Source of the DNA: Paragordius varius
Taxonomy: Eukaryota; Animalia; Nematomorpha
Assembly (NCBI GenBank): GCA_964247055.1
Contig: OZ176053.1
Coordinates: 11,160,001 to 11,224,000 of the forward strand
Length of the DNA stretch: 64,000 nucleotides
Direction of reading: 5' to 3'
Position numbers and translations under genes: made by a program. A model generated the notes under the pieces. It ran no database searches. It saw nothing but the letters and a program-made list of their open reading frames with translations, and had not been told where the DNA came from. This document shows, one piece after another, positions 1-10,900 of this stretch (its first letter is position 1; the number at the start of each line of letters is the position of its first letter).

Positions 1-43
1 AGTTGACGACTTTGATTGTATAAAGAATTTTAACAAGTTTTAT

Positions 44-101
44 ACTCGTCTGCCAGGACCGAGAGTGATGTTCAAATAATTCCACAGTTTGGGATTTGAA
101 C
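44..101 (-). mobile_element. Diverged fragment of the tRNA-derived SINE family
   Basis: Reverse complement reads gttcaaatcccaaactgtggaattatttgaacatcactctcggtcctggcagacgagt. It aligns with the B-box and body of the copy at 62774-62835. Confidence 0.55.
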
Positions 102-515
102 AAAAACACACAAAAGTACGCTCACAATTTTTTCGAAATAAATTGTAGTCTTATTTTAATACTGTTTTTCATATTATTAAAAATGTACATTATTTATGGA
201 CTTTCTTCAAATAAACGACAATATGTTTAAATTCAGTATTTATATTCTATAATAAAATAATTTAGCCGGTAATTTTAAAAATCGATATTAAAATTCATTT
301 CATATAAACAATAAAACGGGGTTCATTTGGTTAAAAGCCCTCTGTTCAAAAAATATGCCGAAAGATACACTGGAATGAGAACCACCATTGAAAGCGGTGG
401 TTCGGTTTTAATCCCTGCCTAGTCTTCATTTACCACAATTTAGTTTGCAAATAGTAATTTTATTGTTGATACTTTAAAAATTTGGTTTTTTTTATACCAT
501 ACTTATGTTTTCTAC

Positions 516-2446
516 CTGATAATTTATCACCGAACAGGGTCAAAAACATGGTGAAATTTATAGGGCCTGGAGCTTCACTCAACATTTCTTCAAGGTCACG
601 GTCTCTGGCATCTTTACCTAAGGAAGCATACATATCTTTCAAATCTTCTTTGCTAATAAATCCATCTCTGTCTTGATCAATTAATGTAAATGCCTATAGT
701 TATTATAGAAAATATATTTTGTCATTTTATCCAAATATAATATAAACATATCGAATTAATTATTTATTTAATTTCGTAGCGAGCGCTCTAAAGCCGTCAA
801 AATTTTGAATCGAGAGAAAACATTGAAATTTATATTTCAGTATATAATGTAAATTATCATTTCGTTATATTTTTCTTTCATGGATAACATCGATTGTTTT
901 CATGCGATCGATTGATAAATATTAATTGATTCTTCCTTCTTATGCACATCGGCTTATGCCTTCCTTATTGTTGGCACACAGATAAACATTGAAGGTCAAA
1001 TCAAATATTTATAATGCAAAAAATATGAAAATAAAACTATCATTAAATAAAATCTTAAAAACATATTTAAATATCTTGATATATTTTTTTAAAAGCGACA
1101 AACATGATATTAGGGGATAAATAATTTTTAAAAAAGGGTCATTTTTGGATTTTATCTAGATTGTAAATCGAACAAAAAACCATATTGAAGCTTTTATACC
1201 TTAGGGTTTTTGCAACATTTAAAAAAGATTAGAAAATAAAACTCTCGAAAAAACAAGTGTTTATTGAATTCATATTTTTTTAATTTTAATGATCATCGGT
1301 AAACCTAAAAAATAATGCATTATTAAAACCAATTATTGTGATTAAACAGAGAATCTATGGACTAAAACAGATTTAGTCTATTACTCCCAAAATCGTTTAG
1401 AGTCAAAGGAGAAACACGTCTAAAAATAGAAAACACCTATTTTTGCAATCAATGATGGATCTAAGACCTAAAGGGTTGTGCTAGAGAATAATTTAGCTTT
1501 TTTAGCTTATTTAGACGAAACTCGTGAAAAAAAAACAGTTAACGCTCTTTGCAAAAGTTTACGTATGAATGAATATATATGAATTGCTAAGTTGCATACT
1601 TCTTTGAATTCTTGTATTTGTTGTTGACCGAACATGGCAAAGACATTAGAGGTGGCTCTTTGAGCTCGCATTTTCTTTTTGCCGCCCGCCGCCGCCGCCG
1701 AGGAAGCAGGCGCCGCTGAAGCCGGAGGGGGAGATTCCTTTTTGGCGGGAACTGGTTCAGGCTCGGGTTCTGGTTCCTTAACTGGGGGGACTGGCGTTTC
1801 TCTCTCCTTGTCTTTATCCTTATCCTTGTCCTTACTCTTCTTCTTCTATACGTATGCAACAACCAATCAAGGATTACGTATATTACGTATAAAAATACAA
1901 TATAAAGTAGATTATTTTGAAAGTGTGTGGCAAAAGCATATAATGATAAAAAATAAAATCACTAATGGATTCATCTCTTTGGTTTTTAATTATATTTAAT
2001 TTTGGACAGGGCAGAGTTTAACAAAACAAACAAAGATTTTACATCTTAAATGCCATAATTTTAGAGTTTGGAAGTATATTTTACATTTCGAATTTTGAAA
2101 GTTAGGTATATTATTATTATTAATATTATGCGATTTATATATTAAAACAAAATTATGGTGGCTAAAACATGAATAAATATGGGTATGCGAAAAATTAAAA
2201 TTTTACAATTTGAAATAGTTTACGAAATTCTACAAAAGTGTTTAAATTTTGAATACAGAATGTAATTTACCTTTTTCTCTTTCTTCTCTTCGCGATCACC
2301 CTCACTTTCTGAGGGTTTGGGCTCAGTTTCAGACTACAGAAAAAATTAAATTTTTTTATGATGGATAAAAACTTTTTAAAAATTAATAAATTAATTAGAT
2401 TATTTTCAAAACTACAAGGGTTAACAAGTAAAAGATAACTTACCAT
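516..2446 (-). CDS. MRLC: Myosin regulatory light chain with long N-terminal extension; 3'-partial (remaining exons lie left of the window)
   Basis: Exons 2446-2444 (ATG|gtaagt), 2333-2271, 1845-1600 and 693-516 join in phase with GT-AG borders. They give [131 protein letters not shown]...[21 protein letters not shown], which has the RLC phosphorylation motif ([10 protein letters not shown]) and EF-hand 1. Confidence 0.95.
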
Positions 2447-3899
2447 TTATTTTATGGATATAATAAATTTGAAATATCCGGATCCACAATGTGAATGGAG
2501 TACGTATAATATTTTTGATAAAAAAATCCACAAAAAATAAATATATTTGTGAAAATTGATTCAATCGATATGTATCTTTTAATAACAATATTTTCTTTTT
2601 ATTTATATTAATATTTTGTTTTTCGATAAGATAAAAAAAACACAGAGAATTCTAAAAAATGTTTGACGCAAAAGCCACCCTATGCACACAAAAATTAGAA
2701 GAAATGTTTTTTTTTTCGATAATAAAAAATATTCAATTCAATGCAAATGTATGTTGCTAAAAATATTTATTACATTATATATTAGCTTGCAATGTTCTAC
2801 AAAATATAATATATTAAAATAATTGATTTTTTTGAGTTAATTTCAATTTCATATAGACTACTATACAGTGGATGAAATATCGGTATGCAATGAATTTATC
2901 ATGTTTACGCATCCAATTGTTTGTTTATCTTAAAGTTATGTTGTTAAAAATATTTTTTATGAAAAAAACCCTAAGGAACCGGAATAGAAGGGTTATCTAT
3001 CTCCCAACTAACTATATATAACAATATTTTATATTAAAAATTTTTTTATTTTAAATATTTATATTTCTAGATATATGTATATGCATGTATATCGATTATT
3101 CACATAATCAAACTATTATTATTAAAATTCAACCACCATGTGTTACCAATATACGCGCGTATATAGAAATGAAAAAAAAATAAAAAATACTAATTTTTGT
3201 AATGCAAAAACTATATATATAAAATAATCCTATGAGTATTATATATAGATATAAGCATAGTCTCAAGAAGTATTAAATGGTTAATCTATTCTAAATAATC
3301 TACTATTATAGAGTTTGAAAATTAAAGTATTTTTTAACGCCTTTGGGTTTCAAGAAAAGGTCATGTTATTGAAAGACGGCATAATTAAATTTCGTAATAA
3401 GAACAAAAATTCAAATTTTATTTTATATAGAATGATTTCAATCATTCATAAGAATAATGTACGCAAATATATCTTTATGATTAATTGATTGGTCCAGCTG
3501 TGTTCATGGCTAGCCTTTTACATTGAATTGATTCTTTTTCAATCAAAGTTTGTTTTTTATGAAAAGAAAAGTTTTAAATATGCATTTACGTAAGGATAGA
3601 AATAAAACATTAAGATAAATGTTTATATATATATCGCATTTGAGATGATATTATTAATCGAAATTATAGATTTGTATGATTTGACCTTAAATACCTAAAT
3701 TTAATTACCTAAACTAATTTTATTAAATCTATTTAATCAAAAAATATAAATATGAAAAATATTTTTCCCTATATTCTAAAATGTTTTAGTTAACCATCGG
3801 ATAAAACTTGCTTGGTTAATTGATGCTTTTACAGAAAAATAAGATTACACTGGGTTTCTGTCAATGGAATTAAATATATCATTCAATTAAGGCCCATTA

Positions 3900-4010
3900 T
3901 ACAGTAACGTATGGCAAAAACAACAAATGGTGAAAATTAAATAATGTTTCCCCATATTTTAACATAAATTTTGTTTATTTAATTGTGGACAAACCTTATT
4001 TTATATCACG
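3900..4010. repeat. Dispersed repeat homologous to 8255-8350 (candidate empty site for the MITE at 8347-9008)
   Basis: acagtaacgtatggcaaaaacaacaaatggtg...tggacaaa...ttttatatcac versus acagtagtgtatggttaaaaacaacaaatggttg...tggacaaaaa...ttttatat[MITE]cat. Confidence 0.6.
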
Positions 4011-4580
4011 CGCTAAGGATGATTTTGGTCTAACCTTTCGTATCATCATATAATAATGAAAGTTTCCATTAAACTACATTAATGAATTATATATACAGAT
4101 ATAATATATGATGTTCAATTAATAAATAAATCAAGGTTAAAATAACTTTTTTTCATATAATCAAACTTTTAGCAACTATCGATGAAATCAATAAGCGCTA
4201 TATAACATTCGAATCTTTAATATTCAAAAACAATTATAATTTGTGAAATCTAAACCAAGTCCCTCCAGCTTTAAGGAAATATAAAATTTAAAAATAAACA
4301 TAACTATAAATTTATATTTATTTGTTAAATGAATAAATATTTAGTAATAATATTTTAAACAACTTTGTATAAACATCATAACAACAAGATTTCCGCATCA
4401 TCGGGCTTCGATTTTCCTAGCTTTGGGAAAACTCGTCATCGTATGATGAAAATTTTGGAATAATGTATCGTGATATCAGATTAGGTACTATGCAAAAGCG
4501 GTAAATTCGACACGGGGACTTTTATATCGAAATTTTTAATTAAACATTTTTATAAATTAAATGTGCCCGTAAACGAATTA

Positions 4581-4791
4581 CAGTAAAAATTGATATTGTG
4601 CGGACGAATCGCAAAAATGTAAGAACAATTTTTTTTAAAAGACAACCATACTTATAAATCCTTAGTTTATCCCTCATAAATCATATATAAAAGTTATATT
4701 GAAAAAATCATTTCAAAAGTATGGTTGTCATTTAGGAAAAATATTTGCCTTTATAATTTTACTTTTGTCCGTATAATTTCAATTTTCACTG
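4581..4791. mobile_element. Tc1/mariner-type MITE (TA target-site duplication, CAGT termini); related partial copies near 58515-58700, 59935-60000 and 60480-60640
   Basis: TA|cagtaaaaattgatattgtgcggac ... gtccgtataatttcaattttcactg|TA, with an internal inverted pair gacaaccatact/agtatggttgtc. The gacaaccatact-type block recurs near 58580 and 60525. Confidence 0.7.
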
Positions 4792-7129
4792 TATCTTATG
4801 CTGATCATCAAGCACTATTGAGATCTGAAAATAGGGCCTCAATTTCAATAATCGTTCAAAATTGAGTATATCGTCCCACACATCCTTCCCTTACTAATGT
4901 AGGTAATATTTAATCAAATATTATTTTTAAAAAATCTCTAAAATTTTATAAACTTTTTGTGTGAAGAATAAATATCAACCATTTATTTGAATTGGCCCCT
5001 GATTTTAGCGCTCACCTGTTAAAATTTGAACAATTGGCTAATAAACAATTTTTTAGAAAACATGAGACTTTAATCAGATTTAATAAATAGTTGCTTTTCA
5101 TTGTTTCACGAATGAGCGGAGAGTAATGAAGCCATTTTTGAATAACTTTCTTGAGCACGGCCTTGAAAAAATATTGTGACAGATCCATTTTTTAAATAGC
5201 TGTCTTTCTAAACTATTGGCTTAGGATCTAATTCTGGAAAGTGTATACGTCTATTCAACTTAAACAATTATTTTTAATTTTTCTGTTTCATGATGACAGA
5301 TCAGCATTTTGAGTTGCCTCAGTTTAAACCGTCTGAATAAATATGCGTATTTTAGTAAAAATATAATTTAAGCAATTTTCTGGAAAACTTTTGTGTTTAA
5401 AAGTGCATTTATTGGTTAGAAAATGTGTCGAGTTTTGAGCCACTGCTTTTAATTACTTACACTGGACAACAAATTTTTCTGCCACTCGAGTTTTTTGCAT
5501 TTTCTGATATTTAGTATCATTCTAACAGTAAATCCGAAATAAAAATTATAACCCGATGGAAGAATTTTGTATAATTTGATTTTTTTGATTATGCGCCCTC
5601 TTTATCAAAATTATACAAAAAAATGTTTTTCTTTGAAAATATACAAGTAATGCCCATTTGTAATATATCATTCGAAAGAGTAATAAAATTTCTATAAAAT
5701 GCATACTAATATGTATTTCATCGACAGTTAATATTGGACACAAAGAGCGACAAACGCGAAGTGAGAGCACTTTTTTAATTATTATATTTTTAAAACTAAT
5801 GGATGAAAATAGCTCAAACTTTGTTTAGATGGTGATGAATGTCCAAAAAGATAACACAAGAAAGTTTTTTTGATTAAACATTTTTTTTATTGCTTTTATG
5901 TCACTCAAAACAGCCATTTTTAAGTTTTTTGTTTTTTTAAAAATTACCATCTCATCAATATTAATTTATTTTCTTTACGAGGCTGATAATTTCAAAATTT
6001 TAAAGATAAAAACAATGTTTAAGGTTTTTTTGATCTTTTATAGCCATTATGTAATAAATTTACAATTATAACTATGCATTTTAGTATCCACTAGGTAAAA
6101 TATTTATGATAATAATAATTTCTATTAAAAAAGCAAACCAAAAGCTTTTTCAAACATTTTTTTTAAATTAAATACTAATATAACCCTAATAATTATATTA
6201 AAATAATTCATATAATTTTCAAATTAGTTTGTCTGTGAAAATTCTTGACTTAATTAAGGATTGAAAATTTCGACCATATAAACCCTAATAACTTTTACAT
6301 CCGATTGATTTAAATGACTTACTACCATTTATTGCGTTCTTTCGAATGATATAAAATACATGGCTTCATATCTAAAACTTTTAATTTTCGAAATTTCGAG
6401 TTTAATGTTAAATCGGGGCCAAAAATTTTCGATAAACTCTAATATAAAAAAATTCTTGAATGCTAGACCAATTTTCTTTTCAGGTATACTGATTATATAC
6501 TTTAATGAAATAAATTATAAATTTACAAGAATGGCAGTTAAAAAAAGTTAAAATTTGTTGTCTAGTGTTATGTTTGTATTTACCCGTGGTCCAAGCAGAT
6601 TTTTTTCAAAAAAATAGATTGTCTAAAAAATAAATTGAAACAATTTTTCGGTTGACGTGTTTTGGGGCACATCAATTCGTTAATCACTTTACCAAAAATA
6701 AATGATTACTCTGAGCGCTTTTTCGTTAGTTAGAGTTCCCATCTCTGTAAAATATATCTCAAAATAAAAAATCTATCATGTAACATTTTGTAAATTTGTT
6801 TTATAATTTTAAATGTTTATTATAAACAACCTAAATAAGAGAGAGTTGTAAACTAATTTTGTATTAACAATAGAGGTGAATGCGAAACCTTTATAAGGGA
6901 TGGTAAAAATTATTCACGTAATCTTTTTATATCCATCCTTTCGTTTGTTTATTACTTTAATTAATCATCGTTAAAACTAAGAAGGCCGACGCGTAACTGG
7001 CCAAAACAGTATTAAATAATTATAGCAAAAATTAAATTTCATATATTTAAAAAGGGCCATGATGCCGATAATGACCCTTGTTTCTAACAATCGAGACCGT
7101 TGGGGGACTGCTTTTTTGGTTAAGGGTTA

Positions 7130-7226
7130 GGAATTGTGAAAGCTTAAAAACTTGCCTGCCCAGGGCTGACAGTGATGATGATAAAACAGTGCTATAGTCC
7201 GGCGCCCTATTTACCATATAACGCCT
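7130..7226 (-). mobile_element. tRNA-derived SINE copy with the B-box region deleted
   Basis: Reverse complement aaaggcgttatatggtaaatagggcgccggactatagcactg...catcatcactgtcagccctgggcaggcaagtttttaagctttcacaattcc is colinear with 62722-62860. Confidence 0.7.
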
Positions 7227-7930
7227 TTAAACCTAAACTTGATATTCTTCATTCAACCACTTTACTTCATTGATTTCAAGAGGGGTATGGATGATATCGC
7301 GAATTAAAATATGCAGATTATGTCCTTTTACGCCCAATAGTTGATTATCAACCCTTATTACACAATAAAATTTATTATTTAGCGTATATTTATTAAACAC
7401 AGCTGATTTTGGTAAATAAAGATATCTTAGTTTTTAATTATAGGAGGGAGTTACAAAATAATATAAATTAGCGTTTAAGCCTAATATATTAATATATGGA
7501 TGTTCACATAAAAACTTTGAGTATAATATTTTAAACCAACCTCGATAAATTTTATTGTACAATCTTAGGCAAAATCTTATTCTTTATGACATGATAGGCA
7601 AATATAATGTTTTAATAAATCATCCATAAATAAATTACATTCCTACAATTTAAATCGCTTTTTTAAGTATCCGATCCAAAAAATATTCATTATCAAGTGA
7701 AATTAAAAAATTATAAATAATCAAATATCAGCTAAATTTTTACCAATTTATTAGCTAGAATGCAAATGTCTAAGCACACAATATATTTACCACAAATTTG
7801 GTACGTTTGTCATATAAATATAGATATATTTCATTCTAAGATACGATTTAAATATGATTTTAAAGTATAGCAATAATTCATGTATAGTTTTTGGTAAAAA
7901 CTAATTTTCATATAAAGTCTATTCAATCAA

Positions 7931-10900
7931 TCATATGCCATCAGTTTCGTTTCTTTCAGGGATATTTTCATTTTCCCCATCATCTTCTAAATAGCCATCC
8001 TGAATATAATTCATGGAATCCATGTCCCCTTCTTCGTCGATTTCCTCTTCACGCCGGCCGCCGCCCTCATCTGCCATTATTATTATAAAAAAAGATTTTT
8101 TTATCTCAAAAGTTTATAATTTTTTTTCTCTTGATTTCTAACGTTTAATTAGTATTTAATTTTGAAAAAGAATGATCCATAGAGGGTATTTAGTATTTAT
8201 TATAGTAACATATGCGCCTCTGAAAACCAATTCTCTTTATTTTCGAAGAATTAACAATACAGTAGTGTATGGTTAAAAACAACAAATGGTTGAAATAAAT
8301 ATTTTTTCATTATCTTGCGTATTTATTTATGGACAAAAATTGTTTTATATACCATTTGCACTTCAAGAGTGTCCTTGAACAGTTTAAGATGGTCTTTGAA
8401 CAATTCAAGTTGGTCCTTAAACAAGTTTTTAACTTTTATCAATCACATCGTAAATATTTCATCTATTTTATTGTTTTTAACCTATTTTCTATTATTTAAC
8501 ATAAATTTTAAATCGATATCAACTTTTAATCTTTGAGAAACAGTATATCTTTATTAATTTCTTAAAATAATTTTGGATAATTATAAGATTTTAACACGAA
8601 ATGAAAAAATATATAAGTTTTCTGGGTAAAATTTTTCATTAAAAACATTTGAAAGTCAATAATTTTGTTCAATTGAAAAAATATAGTTTGAAACAAAAAA
8701 AGTGGTTTTTCAAAAAAAAATTATTTTTAAATTAATAAATATATAATAAATAATAAAGAAAATTAGGTTAATAAATAATAAAATAAAAAAATAAATGCAA
8801 AATTATGGTTAAATTAAAATTTATAAATTTTAAAGACCAACTTGAAGTGTTCAAGGACCAACTTGAAATGTTCAAGGACCAACTTGAATTGTTCAAGGAC
8901 CAACTTGAACTGTTCAAGGACCAACTTGAAATGTTCAAGGACCAACTTGAATTGTTCAAGGACCAACTTGAACTGTTCAAGGACACTCTTGAAGTGCAAA
9001 TGGTATATCATACGTTATTGTATTACCGATTCGCCAATAATGTGAATTGACCAGCATAGTGCATACTTAAAGAAAATAATTGGTATTATTAATGGCAAAT
9101 AATCACTGGCCTTAATGCTCCTCATAATATTGTACAGCATATATATTATATATAGTGATCCAATTTTGTTAATAGGTGCGTGTAGTATATCCGCTATGAA
9201 AAGCGAAACAAACACTTTTTAAGGTTAAAAAATTAACGATTTATATTTAAAATAATATTAATGATTGTAAATTTTTTACATAATAATTTGTATGAATTCC
9301 AAAAATTTATTTTAAAAATGAGTTAACCATTGTCACGATTCGACGAGGTAGAGGTGGTGGTTGACGTAGTTTGAGAGTCCATATTTTCGCCATCACTACT
9401 TTGACTTGGGCGCGAACGAGTGCCCTGTTCAGAGGATCGATTAACTAAGCAAGAAGTTAAATTGGTATTTGTTGCGTTACGCAGGACCGCACTCTCAATA
9501 CTACTGGATGAGGAATTGAGGGTATCTGGTAACCAATAGTTAACGCGACGATCATAATAGTTTGATGGTAATGGTGGTTGATTATCATATTGCCTAATGT
9601 GAGAAAAATTGTAAAAAAAAATGTGCATAGTTCAAGTTGACCCTTTTAATTCCAACCACTCTTTTTTGCAATAAAAAATGTTTTATCTGGATTTCCTACA
9701 ACTCAAACTGCTAAAAAACGGATTGTATTCAAGAGCTATTTCATAAAAAGCTGGATAGTTTACGATGGTTGCACTATCAAAACTGATTGTTAAACAACAA
9801 ACATTAAAAAAAGCCAACTCAAATTTACAAATAATATAAGTACGCATTGGGTTTCATTTATGACCGTAGGTGTGACCGTGCATCCAGATGAACAACTATG
9901 TATGTTAAATAGAACTCTCTTCGAGTTGGTTCACGCAGAACTAAAAACCCTAATTAAAAGCGTTATGTTTATAATAGATAACATTTTTTTAAAAATTGAT
10001 CACATGTGTACTATATCGTCATAACTGTAGTATTTTTGACACCAATTATTTTTTTTCATATAAATTAAAATTGCGGTATTAATTGACTAGTTATGACCGT
10101 GAATGACTGCATTTATATAAGCACTTATAATCTCTAAACACTAATAAAAAAAATTCCGTGATCTCCTAGTTATGTATTAAACAATAGATTCAATAATGAA
10201 AAAGATATATTAGTTTTTTAAGTATTTGAATAAAAATATTTGATAATCATAATGATTTTTACATTGGTACAATGGGTATCTGTATCTCATCATTGGCATT
10301 GATTAAAATAGGAATATCGTCATAATCAATTTCTTCATCCGCATTTCGTGGGGGACTGTTTTCATTAGTTACTATTTCGTCATTATGCTCAACAATTATA
10401 CTAGGATTATAATCTCTAGCGTGGGATGATTCATTAAGCACATCATTATGTAAATATGCCATTTCACCATTATTGCGCATAATATGGCCAGTAGCTCTTG
10501 AGATTAAAGAGGTTAGGCCATCATGTAAACGATTCCGTACACCTCCTAGCAAATTTACAACATTTTTTAACAAAATTAGAGTGTTATTATATAATATAAT
10601 GATATTTTATGAGAGTTTAAATTTTATATTGTAGAAAATTTAATAAATTTATGATCTAAAGAATACTAATATAAATATCATGTAATTATTTGATATTCGA
10701 CAATTTCAAATTAGCCAAAAATACCCAGTAATTTTAAAAAGAGCAAAAATAATATAAAACAGTTAAAGTTACTCACAACACTTGGAAAAGAAATCGATGT
10801 CTAGGTTAAAGTTTTGCATTTAGATAGAATATTTAAAAAAGATAAACATTCCCCTCCAAAAAATAAACCTGATCTCCTAGGCCTCGTGGCAAAAAGTTCA

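Noticed and set aside
328-432. U1, U3, U4 or U11 snRNA, or a SECIS element
   Set aside because: Only short fragmentary resemblances. The defining motifs (ACUUACCUG, GAUCACGAA loop, UGA/GA quartet) are missing. Kept only as a low-interest structured island.
1679-1999. Plus-strand 106-aa Ala/Gly/Ser-Leu repeat ORF
   Set aside because: It is the antisense shadow of MRLC exon 3.
4800-5770. Possible transposase remnants, including the 74-aa ORF at 5546-5770
   Set aside because: Only isolated motif-like words and no alignable block. Probably old TE debris, but not supportable by eye.
8835-8981. CRISPR-like array of short palindromic repeats
   Set aside because: The units are directly adjacent with no unique spacers, there are no cas genes, and the context is eukaryotic.
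8768-9050. Overlapping ORFs with heptad repeats (DQLELFK, LNSSSWS, LEQFKLV) that look like a leucine zipper
   Set aside because: They are by-products of the 21-bp tandem repeat in a MITE arm, open in several frames on both strands and lying inside a CRBN intron.
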